From: Clostridium sp.
GTDB lineage: Bacteria > Bacillota > Clostridia > Oscillospirales > Ruminococcaceae
NCBI GenBank assembly: GCA_023664445.1
Contig: JAMPFN010000006.1
Coordinates: forward strand, 176 to 64,175
Direction: 5' to 3'
DNA length: 64,000 nucleotides
Shown piece after piece: positions 19,249 to 27,466 of this stretch. The translations under genes and the position numbers were made by a program. The notes under the pieces were generated by a model. The model searched no databases. It saw only the letters and a program-made list of their open reading frames with translations, and had not been told where the DNA came from. The stretch's first letter is position 1, and each line of letters begins with the position of its first letter.

Positions 19249-19674
19249 ATGGCACAGAAAGTAGTCGGCTATATAAAGCTTCAGATCCCGGCAGGTAAAG
19301 CAACACCTGCACCACCGGTAGGTCCGGCGCTCGGACAGCACGGTGTAAACATCATGTCTTTTACAAAGGAATTTAACGAAAGAACAAAAAACGATATCGG
19401 TATGATAATTCCTGTCGTTATAACAGTATATGCTGACCGTTCGTTCTCATTCATCACAAAGACACCGCCTGCGGCAGTTCTTATAAAGAAAGCTTGCGGT
19501 ATTGAAACGGCATCGGGCGTTCCTAACAAGACAAAGGTCGCAAATATCACAAAGGAACAGGTTCAGAAAATCGCTGAACAGAAAATGCCCGACCTTAACG
19601 CGGGTTCCCTTGAAGCGGCAATGAGCATGATCGCCGGAACAGCTCGCTCAATGGGTATCGTTGTAGTTGATTAA
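19249..19674 (+). CDS. rplK: 50S ribosomal protein L11
   Basis: [23 protein letters not shown] motif. Confidence 0.97.
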   Translation: MAQKVVGYIKLQIPAGKATPAPPVGPALGQHGVNIMSFTKEFNERTKNDIGMIIPVVITVYADRSFSFITKTPPAAVLIKKACGIETASGVPNKTKVANITKEQVQKIAEQKMPDLNAGSLEAAMSMIAGTARSMGIVVVD

Positions 19675-19805
19675 GAAGTAATTCTCAAAGGAAAATCAAC
19701 GTAGTTATCGGGTAAATCCGATGAAAAGACGTTTGCTTATGCCTATGAGGACGACTTCTAATACCTGAGGATACAAAGGAACTTTATCCTTTGTTTTCTG
19801 AAATG

Positions 19806-19863
19806 GTGGGAGGAAATTTCCGCTAATCGGACTTTGCGAATATAAGCGGTCCGGTATTACCAC
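19806..19863 (+). promoter_or_regulatory. second L1-binding leader upstream of rplA
   Basis: GTGGGAGG...TATTACCAC immediately before the rplA RBS. Confidence 0.65.
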
Positions 19864-19882
19864 TTTATATGGAGGATTTATA

Positions 19883-20578
19883 ATGAAACACGGCAAGAAA
19901 TATATGGAAAGCTGCAAGGCTGTTGACAGCACAAAGCAGTATGATTCTGTTGAGGCTCTTGATTTAGTATGCAAGAACGCCAAGGCAAAGTTTGACGAAA
20001 CTGTTGAAGCGCATATCCGTTTGGGCGTTGACTCAAGACATGCTGACCAGCAGGTCAGAGGCGCTGTTGTTCTTCCTAACGGAACAGGTAAAAACGTAAG
20101 AGTCTGCGTTTTCTGCAAGGAAGATAAGTATGACGCCGCAAAGGAAGCAGGCGCTGAATTTGTCGGCGGTATGGATCTTGTTGACAAGATCATGAAAGAA
20201 AACTGGATGGACTTTGACGTTGTCATAGCTTCTCCCGATATGATGGGTATGGTCGGACGTCTTGGTAAGGTTTTAGGTCCGAGAGGTCTTATGCCAAACC
20301 CCAAGGCAGGTACTGTAACTCCCGATGTTGCAAAGGCTGTAACAGAAGCTAAGGCAGGTAAGATCGAATATCGTCTTGATAAGACAAATATTATCCACTG
20401 CCCTATCGGAAAGGCTTCATTCGGTTCAGCTAAGCTTGACGAAAACTTTGCTACTCTTATGGAAGCAGTTGTTAAGGCTAAGCCGGCAGCAGCAAAGGGT
20501 ACTTACATCAAGTCTTGCACAGTTACATCTACTATGGGCGTAGGCGTTTCTGTAGCAACCGCTAAGTATGGCGCATAA
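19883..20578 (+). CDS. rplA: 50S ribosomal protein L1
   Basis: [23 protein letters not shown] and EYRLDKT motifs. Confidence 0.97.
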   Translation: MKHGKKYMESCKAVDSTKQYDSVEALDLVCKNAKAKFDETVEAHIRLGVDSRHADQQVRGAVVLPNGTGKNVRVCVFCKEDKYDAAKEAGAEFVGGMDLVDKIMKENWMDFDVVIASPDMMGMVGRLGKVLGPRGLMPNPKAGTVTPDVAKAVTEAKAGKIEYRLDKTNIIHCPIGKASFGSAKLDENFATLMEAVVKAKPAAAKGTYIKSCTVTSTMGVGVSVATAKYGA

Positions 20579-20631
20579 TTTCTGAAAAAAATGGCGATAC
20601 CGTTCAGGTAATGTGCGGTATCGCTGAATAT

Positions 20632-20708
20632 GTCCACATAGCTCAGTTGGATAGAGCGACCGCCTCCTAAGCGGTAGGCCGGAGGTTCGACTCCTCTTGT
20701 GGACGCCA
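20632..20708 (+). tRNA. tRNA-Arg (anticodon CCT)
   Basis: GTCCACA...TGTGGAC-GCCA; anticodon arm ACCGC-CTCCTAA-GCGGT; GGTTCGACTCC T-arm. Confidence 0.95.
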
Positions 20709-20775
20709 ATTATTTACTGGAAAAGCTTTTATTGTTTTTCCGGTTTTTTATTAATCTTTAAAAGGAGTTTGGAAT

Positions 20776-22068
20776 ATGGACTACTCTCCAAAGGAAATTT
20801 TAAGCTTTGTTGAAGAAAATGACGTTAAATTTATAAGGCTTACGTTTACCGATATTTACGGACAGCTGAAAAATATAGCTATAATGCCCGATCAGCTTTC
20901 TCATGCCTTTGAACACGGCATAGCCTTTGACGGCACGGCTCTTGCAGGCAGACATTCCGATCTTATGCTTTTTCCGGATATATCAACTCTTTCCGTTTTG
21001 CCGTGGCGGCCGAAATCAGGAAGAGTTATCAGATTTTTCTGTAATATCAGATGTACCGACGGTACTCCTTATAAGGGCGATCTTAGAGCTGAACTTAACA
21101 ATTATATCGAAGATCTGCGCAAAAATAATTTTACCTGTGAGATCGGTACAAAATTTGAATTCTATCTCTTCAATACCGACGACAACGGCGAACCTACAAG
21201 AATCCCACACGACCATGCCGGATATCTCGACATCGCGCCCTTGGATAAGTGCGAAAACGTAAGGCGTGAGATATGTCTTTCACTCGAAGAAATGGGCTTT
21301 AATCCGCAAAGCTCAAGACATACGCACGGTCCGGGTCAGAACGAGATAGATTTTATCAGAAGCGACGCTTTAAACGCTGCCGACAATATGGTTTACTATA
21401 AAACAGTCGTTAAAAATATTGCGGCACAAAACGGTCTTTACGCAACCTTTATGCCCAAACCCATCGAGAAAAAACCCGGAAGCGGACTCCATATCTGCAT
21501 TGCCGTAAAGGAAAACGGGAAACATCTCTTCTCCCCCGACGCCGAAAATCAGACAGAAAGCGGAAAGCATTTTATAGCCGGTATTTTAAACAGAATACGT
21601 GAAATAACTTGTTTTCTGAACCCTGTCACAAATTCATATAAGCGTTTCGGAGAAGATTATGCTCCGAAATATGTAAACTGGTCGTTTGAGAATCGTTCAC
21701 AGCTTATCAGGATCCCATACACATCGGGCGGAAAACATCCGAGAATTGAAATCCGCTCTGCCGACGCGGCATGCAATCCATATATTGCTTTCAAGCTTTT
21801 GCTTGCGGCGGGCTTTGAAGGACTTGAAAATAAAACCGTACTGCGTGACGATACCTTTACAAATTCCGCAGCAGGTCAATTTGACGAACTGCCTTCGTCG
21901 CTCGGCGAGGCGATAGAACTTGCAAAATCTAGCGATTTTGTAAGAAAAAATCTCTCGCCTGAGATACATGATTCCGTAATAAGAAAGCTTGAATACGATC
22001 TCGCGCACTATAATGCGGCAGATGACAAACAATTATTTGAGGACGAATATTATTTTAAAATTATTTAA
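20776..22068 (+). CDS. type I glutamine synthetase homologue with a degenerate active site
   Basis: Colinear with GSI-alpha (FTDIYG, PGQNEIDF, ATFMPKP, GSGLH, NRS, RIEIR, NPY), but several metal and substrate ligands are substituted (see findings). Confidence 0.85.
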   Translation: MDYSPKEILSFVEENDVKFIRLTFTDIYGQLKNIAIMPDQLSHAFEHGIAFDGTALAGRHSDLMLFPDISTLSVLPWRPKSGRVIRFFCNIRCTDGTPYKGDLRAELNNYIEDLRKNNFTCEIGTKFEFYLFNTDDNGEPTRIPHDHAGYLDIAPLDKCENVRREICLSLEEMGFNPQSSRHTHGPGQNEIDFIRSDALNAADNMVYYKTVVKNIAAQNGLYATFMPKPIEKKPGSGLHICIAVKENGKHLFSPDAENQTESGKHFIAGILNRIREITCFLNPVTNSYKRFGEDYAPKYVNWSFENRSQLIRIPYTSGGKHPRIEIRSADAACNPYIAFKLLLAAGFEGLENKTVLRDDTFTNSAAGQFDELPSSLGEAIELAKSSDFVRKNLSPEIHDSVIRKLEYDLAHYNAADDKQLFEDEYYFKII

Positions 22069-22083
22069 AAGGTTGTGAATTTT

Positions 22084-22653
22084 ATGGGGAGGGTGCTGTT
22101 AGCGTCTGGCTCTGATAAGGGTATTGCTGTTCTTTCCCAGCTTCTGAAAGAATCGGGATACAATCAGATAACCAACACAAACAGCGGAAATGACGCAAGA
22201 CGCTGTATTGATCAGACAGAATTTGAATTACTGATAATAAACACGCCTTTGACCGACGAATTCGGTCACGATTTGTCGGTCAAGGCGGCAGAATCGTCAA
22301 ATTCCGGAATAATACTCATCTGTAAGTCGGAAATTTCCGACGACGTTTCCGATAAGCTCAGCAGTTACGGCGTTTGCGTTATTCCAAAGCCTGTTAACAA
22401 GGCTGTTTTCCACCAATCCGTAAAGCTTGTATCCGCTACCCGTTCAAGAATGCTTGGACTACAGTCCGAAAACTTCAAGCTTCAAAATAAAATCGAAGAA
22501 ATAAGACTTGTAAACAGAGCCAAAATATGCCTTATGCAGTATTTAAAATTCTCCGAACCGCAGGCTCACAGGTATATTGAAAAACTGGCAATGGATACAA
22601 GACAGACAAGAAAAGAGGTTGCGCAAAATATACTTTCGACATACGAACAATAA
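22084..22653 (+). CDS. ANTAR-domain antiterminator with pseudo-receiver domain (NitR/AmiR-like)
   Basis: C-terminal VNRAKICLMQYLKFSEPQAHRYIEKLAMDTR ANTAR motif. N-terminal receiver-like domain has Asn (LLIINTP) at the usual phospho-Asp position. Confidence 0.85.
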   Translation: MGRVLLASGSDKGIAVLSQLLKESGYNQITNTNSGNDARRCIDQTEFELLIINTPLTDEFGHDLSVKAAESSNSGIILICKSEISDDVSDKLSSYGVCVIPKPVNKAVFHQSVKLVSATRSRMLGLQSENFKLQNKIEEIRLVNRAKICLMQYLKFSEPQAHRYIEKLAMDTRQTRKEVAQNILSTYEQ

Positions 22654-22678
22654 GAACCTGTGTTTGAAGAGGCGCAAT

Positions 22679-23164
22679 ATGAAAAGAGTTATATTGATAT
22701 GCGGCAAAATTTGCAGCGGCAAATCGTATTATGCCAAACAACTGAAAAAAACGGAAAAAGCCGTTATCTTATCAACAGACGAAACGACTTACGACTTGAT
22801 AAATAATGAACAAGGAGAATTCTATAACACATTTGCAAATAGGGTCAATATGTATCTAAGAAAAAAAGCGGTGGAAATTGTTAACGCAGGAGCAACAGTC
22901 ATTTTGGATTGGGGGTTTTGGACAAAAGAAAGCAGACGGGATATTTCTGAATTCTTAAAATCCAATAACATTCCTTATGAATGGCACTATGTTGACGTGA
23001 ATGAGGATAAGTGGAAAAGACAAATAAAAGAAAGAAATGAAAAAATCAAAAATGGACAGAACAGCTTGGATTTCTATGTAGATGAAGGACTTTTAAACAA
23101 GCTTTTGTCATTGTTTGAAGAACCAAGTAAAGCGGATATGGATATTTGGTATATAAACGGATAA
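22679..23164 (+). CDS. small P-loop kinase/ATPase (AAA_33-like)
   Basis: GKICSGKS Walker A and VILDWGFW. AT-richer than its neighbours. Confidence 0.75.
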   Translation: MKRVILICGKICSGKSYYAKQLKKTEKAVILSTDETTYDLINNEQGEFYNTFANRVNMYLRKKAVEIVNAGATVILDWGFWTKESRRDISEFLKSNNIPYEWHYVDVNEDKWKRQIKERNEKIKNGQNSLDFYVDEGLLNKLLSLFEEPSKADMDIWYING

Positions 23165-23195
23165 ATTCTAAGTTATCGTTTTTATAACCTCAGAC

Positions 23196-23302
23196 GATGT
23201 CCCCCGCCTCTTAGGCGGCGAACATCTTAAGATTCAGTCGGAGGAACAATCTCCGACTGAATCCGGCTTACTACCGTAAGCCGTCTGCTTGTTGAAAGCA
23301 GA
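23196..23302. other. array of four back-to-back hairpins (possible structured RNA or palindromic element remnant)
   Basis: GATGT..CGCCTCTTAGGCG..ACATC; GATTCAGTCGGAG/CTCCGACTGAATC; CGGCTTAC/GTAAGCCG; TCTGCTT/AAGCAGA. Confidence 0.55.
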
Positions 23303-23322
23303 GCTTTGAATTCAATCACAAA

Positions 23323-23370
23323 TAACGCCATAGTATTTATGACCTTAAAATCATAAATATTATGGCGTTA
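23323..23370. terminator. bidirectional terminator between the ATPase gene and ackA
   Basis: 20-bp arms TAACGCCATAGTATTTATGA / TCATAAATATTATGGCGTTA, one mismatch. Confidence 0.7.
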
Positions 23371-23424
23371 AAACTTATAGAACGTTTTAGGGAGTGTTGA
23401 CACTACCGCTCAACGCCCGTCTTA

Positions 23425-24624
23425 CTACTTTGAAATAAGCGCCAAAGTATCACGCGCAATAAGCAATTCCTCATTTGTAGGAATTACCCAAACTTCAACC
23501 TTTGAATCAGCTGTAGATATCTTTGTAAGCGTTCCTCTTACGTTTTTATTAAGTTCGTGATCGATCTTGATTCCTATATAATCGACATTTGAACAAACTC
23601 CATCTCTTACTTCCCATGAATTTTCACCGATACCGCCTGTAAAGATAAGCGCGTCAAGACCGTTCATAACAGCGGCATACGCTCCTATAAACTTTTTAAT
23701 TTCATATCTGAGCATGTCGGCAGTAAGCTGCGCCTTTTCGTCTCCGTCGTGGATAGCGGCATAGATTTCTCTGTTATCGGATGAAACATGCGATACGCCG
23801 AGGAATCCTGATTTTTTATTGAGATAATCGCTCATCTGATCCGGAGTCATATCAAGCTTCTTTTCAAGATATGTAACGGCGGAAGCGTCAATTGCGCCGC
23901 TTCTTGTTCCCATGATGATACCGTCAAGAGGAGTAAAGCCCATAGATGTATCTATTGATTTTCCGTTTTCGATAGCCGTGATAGACGAACCGTTTCCGAG
24001 ATGACACGAAACGACCTTCAAGTCCTTGATATCCTTGCCCATAGCTTCGGCAAGAGCCATTGAAACAAATCTGTGCGATGTTCCGTGGAAGCCGTATTTT
24101 CTTACATGATACTTTTCATAATCCTCATATGGGATTCCGTACATATAAGCTTTCGGAGGCATTGACTGGTGAAATGCGGTATCGAATACGGCTGCCTGAG
24201 GAACAGAAGGATCAAACACCTTTTGGCAAGCCCTGAGCGCAAGCGCATGAGCGTGATTATGAACAGGAGCAAGCTCCGCAAGTTCATCGATTTTGTCAAT
24301 AACTTCATCTGTTACTAAAGTCGTTTCGCTGAATATCTCCGCGCCCTGTACGATTCTGTGACCTACAGCCGAAATCTCGGACATACTCTTGATAACGGAC
24401 GCTTCGCTGTTAAGAAGCGTATCGACAAGCTTTTCAAAAGCTTCCGTATGCGTTGGGAAAGAACAATCTTCACTAAGTTCTCTGCCGTCGTGAGTCTTGT
24501 GAGAAATATGACCGTCTATTCCGATCCTGTCGCAATTTCCCTTTGCAATAACCTTTTCATCGTCCATATCAATAAGCTGATATTTGAGAGATGAACTTCC
24601 TGCGTTTACAACTAAAATTATCAT
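23425..24624 (-). CDS. ackA: acetate kinase
   Basis: LVVNAGSSSLK, GHRIVQG, YGFHGTSH, HLGNGSS, FTGGIGEN and PTNEE motifs. Confidence 0.96.
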   Translation of the reverse strand: MIILVVNAGSSSLKYQLIDMDDEKVIAKGNCDRIGIDGHISHKTHDGRELSEDCSFPTHTEAFEKLVDTLLNSEASVIKSMSEISAVGHRIVQGAEIFSETTLVTDEVIDKIDELAELAPVHNHAHALALRACQKVFDPSVPQAAVFDTAFHQSMPPKAYMYGIPYEDYEKYHVRKYGFHGTSHRFVSMALAEAMGKDIKDLKVVSCHLGNGSSITAIENGKSIDTSMGFTPLDGIIMGTRSGAIDASAVTYLEKKLDMTPDQMSDYLNKKSGFLGVSHVSSDNREIYAAIHDGDEKAQLTADMLRYEIKKFIGAYAAVMNGLDALIFTGGIGENSWEVRDGVCSNVDYIGIKIDHELNKNVRGTLTKISTADSKVEVWVIPTNEELLIARDTLALISK

Positions 24625-24763
24625 CAGTATAACAACCTTTCTAAAGCATACCATAGCACGCTTTAATATATTATATAAATACATTATACAACTTTTTTTG
24701 TTGTAATGCAAGGGGTTTTATTAAAAACAGCGAAAAAAACTTAAAAAAGACAATATAAACGGT

Positions 24764-24792
24764 GTATAAAAGCATGATAACAGTCCAAACTA
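24764..24792 (+). promoter_or_regulatory. possible forespore sigma-F/G-type promoter
   Basis: GTATA-17 bp-CAAACTA upstream of a SpoIIQ-like gene. Confidence 0.4.
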
Positions 24793-24810
24793 TTTTTGGA
24801 GGTGTTAAAC

Positions 24811-25560
24811 ATGAAGAAGAATACAAAATCATTCCTAAGCGGAAAAGGTTTTTATGTTGCACTGTCATTAAGTGTCGCTATGGTAGGTGCGGCGTGTTAT
24901 TTTGCATATACACAAACGTCAAATGATCTCACGGGAGAACTGCAGTCGGCTTTAAGTTCCTCAGAAAGCGAAAGAGAAGCTGCCGAGATACAGACGGACA
25001 TACCCAAAAACACACAGCCGCCGCATACACAAATGCCCACCGAAGCCGTAACGGAAGCGGCAGCTGATGACGAAGCGGAAGATGCGATCGAAAGCGTAGC
25101 TGAAGAGAATATTGAAAACAACGACCAGCCCGAACAAGCGGCAAAGTCGGAGGAAAAGAAGTTTTCCATGCCTTTAGAGGGCGAAATACTCAACGAATTC
25201 AGCAATAGAGAGCTTGTCAAATCAAAGACCACAGGCGCATGGCAGACACATAACGGCATAGATATTTCTGCCGCGCTTGGTGATGTGGTGCTGTCATCGG
25301 GCTCGGGAACTGTTACCGCCATTGACAATGATCCGCTGTGGGGAATTATGGTAACTATCGATCACGGAAACGGCATAATTACCCGATACTGCAACTTAAA
25401 CGAAGGCATTACGGTACAGGTAGGGCAAAAAGTAGGCGTCGGTGAAGAAATAGGCGCTGTCGGCGAAACAGCCGATATCGAAACCTCGGAAAAATCTCAT
25501 CTTCATTTTGAAACGGCAAAAAACGGCTCATTTATCGACCCGCTTGAGTTGATCGGATAA
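24811..25560 (+). CDS. membrane-anchored M23 peptidase, SpoIIQ-like
   Basis: N-terminal KGFYVAL TM, disordered acidic linker, and an M23 domain with HNGID and HLH intact. Confidence 0.7.
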   Translation: MKKNTKSFLSGKGFYVALSLSVAMVGAACYFAYTQTSNDLTGELQSALSSSESEREAAEIQTDIPKNTQPPHTQMPTEAVTEAAADDEAEDAIESVAEENIENNDQPEQAAKSEEKKFSMPLEGEILNEFSNRELVKSKTTGAWQTHNGIDISAALGDVVLSSGSGTVTAIDNDPLWGIMVTIDHGNGIITRYCNLNEGITVQVGQKVGVGEEIGAVGETADIETSEKSHLHFETAKNGSFIDPLELIG

Positions 25561-25568
25561 TACTTTTA

Positions 25569-25622
25569 GGCAGCGCCGCACAAAGACTGTGAATATTAAA
25601 CACAATCCTTGTGCGGCGTTGC
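25569..25622. terminator. hairpin/terminator with family-2 arms
   Basis: GGCAGCGCCGCACAAAG / CTTGTGCGGCGTTGC followed by T-rich sequence. Arms match 15351..15449. Confidence 0.6.
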
Positions 25623-25678
25623 TGTGTTTTTTATGAATTTTTATTTATAATATAATTGTCCGATATACAATGTGTATG

Positions 25679-25828
25679 TTCATTTCTTGCCTTGATGCAA
25701 GAAACGAACCAAAGAAAATCAAGCTTCCGCTCCGGCACAGCTCACGCTGTGAGTCGCAGAAGCGAAAAATAATGACTATCTTTATAGTCGGGGACTGTAA
25801 ATGATAAATTTTACCATTCATCAACTAT
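25679..25828 (+). repeat. mosaic repeat: module E plus module F
   Basis: 25679..25726 matches 3400..3447; 25785..25828 matches the reverse complement of 5860..5905. Confidence 0.85.
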
Positions 25829-25954
25829 AGTTTACTTCGGTATTTACACATTACAGCATATACAAAAAGCTTATTTTTTTACACTCTAACCACTCGTTAA
25901 ACGGGTAATTTTCATTATAATCTAAAAGCGTACCCAAAAGGTACGCTTTCATCA

Positions 25955-26407
25955 TCATTTTCTTATCTTCATAGAGCTTTTTGTTTTTTTCATATCCTGC
26001 AAAACTGCTGTCATGAATCTTTCTGTCTTACTCATAAGACTTTCGGTATATTCGTTGGCATCCTTCATAATTTTTGAAGCGTTCGTCTTAGCCTGCGTCA
26101 GGATATCAAGAGCTTTTTTCTTTGCTTCCTTAACAATATTATCCTGCATCACCATTGTTTCAGCTCTTTTTTCAGCCTGTCTTATAACGGTGTTTGATTT
26201 TTCCTTTGCAGCGTTTAAGATCCTGTCCTTATCAAAAACAATACCTCTTGCTTCTTTTATTTCAGCCGGAAGATGAAGTCTTACATCATCTATAAGATCT
26301 CTCAGACGATCGGTATTAACTGCCTTTCTATCTCCCGAAAACGGTATAGTCTTTGCCTTATCGAGCACTTCGTCCATTTCGTCCAGAATATCATCAATTT
26401 TATTCAT
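25955..26407 (-). CDS. conserved coiled-coil protein downstream of coaD (DivIVA / ATPase subunit H-like)
   Basis: Heptad-rich AxxxxxxAxxxA pattern and LPAEIKEARGI, in conserved rsmD-coaD synteny. Confidence 0.6.
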   Translation of the reverse strand: MNKIDDILDEMDEVLDKAKTIPFSGDRKAVNTDRLRDLIDDVRLHLPAEIKEARGIVFDKDRILNAAKEKSNTVIRQAEKRAETMVMQDNIVKEAKKKALDILTQAKTNASKIMKDANEYTESLMSKTERFMTAVLQDMKKTKSSMKIRK

Positions 26408-26415
26408 GGTATAAT

Positions 26416-26901
26416 TTACTCCTTTACAAGTCTTTTCTGAATAAATTCAAGCACATTCACGGGAACAAAGGAACTTATATCTCCGCCGTATTGTGCGATT
26501 TGCTTTACAACGCTTGAACTTAAATACATATTTTCCGATGAAGCTGTTAAAAAAACCGTTTCAGCTTGTGAATAAAGCTTTTTGTTTGCCAAAGCCATTT
26601 GAAATTCATATTCAAAATCACTAACCGCTCTAAGACCTTTAACAATAGCAGCCGCGCCTACATTTTTAACATAGTCGGCGAGCAATCCATCAAGAATATC
26701 GATCACAACATTGTCAAGCCCATCTATATTTCTGCTTATCATCATCATACGCTCATTAAGTGTAAAGCTTGGTATCTTGGCTGAATTTACGGATATCAGA
26801 ACAATGACCTTATCAAACAACTGTGACGCCCTTTTAATAACGTCAAGATGTCCGAACGTTATCGGATCAAAGCTTCCGGGACATACGGCGATCTTACGCA
26901 T
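26416..26901 (-). CDS. coaD: phosphopantetheine adenylyltransferase
   Basis: PGSFDPITFGHLD, KGLRAVSDFEYE and SSSVVK motifs. Confidence 0.96.
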   Translation of the reverse strand: MRKIAVCPGSFDPITFGHLDVIKRASQLFDKVIVLISVNSAKIPSFTLNERMMMISRNIDGLDNVVIDILDGLLADYVKNVGAAAIVKGLRAVSDFEYEFQMALANKKLYSQAETVFLTASSENMYLSSSVVKQIAQYGGDISSFVPVNVLEFIQKRLVKE

Positions 26902-26904
26902 ATA

Positions 26905-27450
26905 TCATTCCTCCCCGGGCAAACAATATAATGATACTTTTATTTTACCATATTTATATGTTTTTTTCAACCTTAAACCGTTAATTTCTTCAGAAAGTAC
27001 GAGATTTTGTTCATGTTCACATAAAATTTTCCCATTTTCATTAAGCATTTTTCCTAAAAACGGCAAAATTTCCGTCAAAATGCCTTTATTGTACGGAGGA
27101 TCGAGAAAAATAAAATCAAACTTTCTGTCATTTATTTTAGCATAATCCAGACAATTCATGTTTAAGATCTCTGATCTGTCAACAAAACCCGTCGTTTCAA
27201 GATTCGCTTTTACGGTATCGAGCGATCTCTTTGAATTATCGACAAAAACGACTGATTTCGCTCCTCTGCTAAACGCCTCGATACCGAGCTGACCGCTTCC
27301 CGAAAACAAATCAAGCACAGACGCTCCCTCTATTTCAAACTGTATTGCGGAAAACATTCCTTCCTTGACTCTGTCTGTTGTAGGGCGCACGTCATTTCCC
27401 TCAAGAGCGATCAATTTTCTGCCTTTAGCGGAACCCGTTATAACTCTCAT
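26905..27450 (-). CDS. rsmD: 16S rRNA m2G966 methyltransferase
   Basis: RPTTDRVKE, LDLFSGSGQLG and FLDPPY motifs. Confidence 0.93.
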   Translation of the reverse strand: MRVITGSAKGRKLIALEGNDVRPTTDRVKEGMFSAIQFEIEGASVLDLFSGSGQLGIEAFSRGAKSVVFVDNSKRSLDTVKANLETTGFVDRSEILNMNCLDYAKINDRKFDFIFLDPPYNKGILTEILPFLGKMLNENGKILCEHEQNLVLSEEINGLRLKKTYKYGKIKVSLYCLPGEE

Positions 27451-27466
27451 ATCGATCTCCCTTCAT

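Noticed and set aside
19721-19768. Short ORF MKRRLLMPMRTTSNT in the rplK-rplA spacer
   Set aside because: No convincing RBS or recognisable leader-peptide signature.
22651-23170. MITE pair enclosing the small ATPase gene
   Set aside because: Only the left end is clear; the candidate right end (AAATTCTAA at about 23163) is too degenerate.
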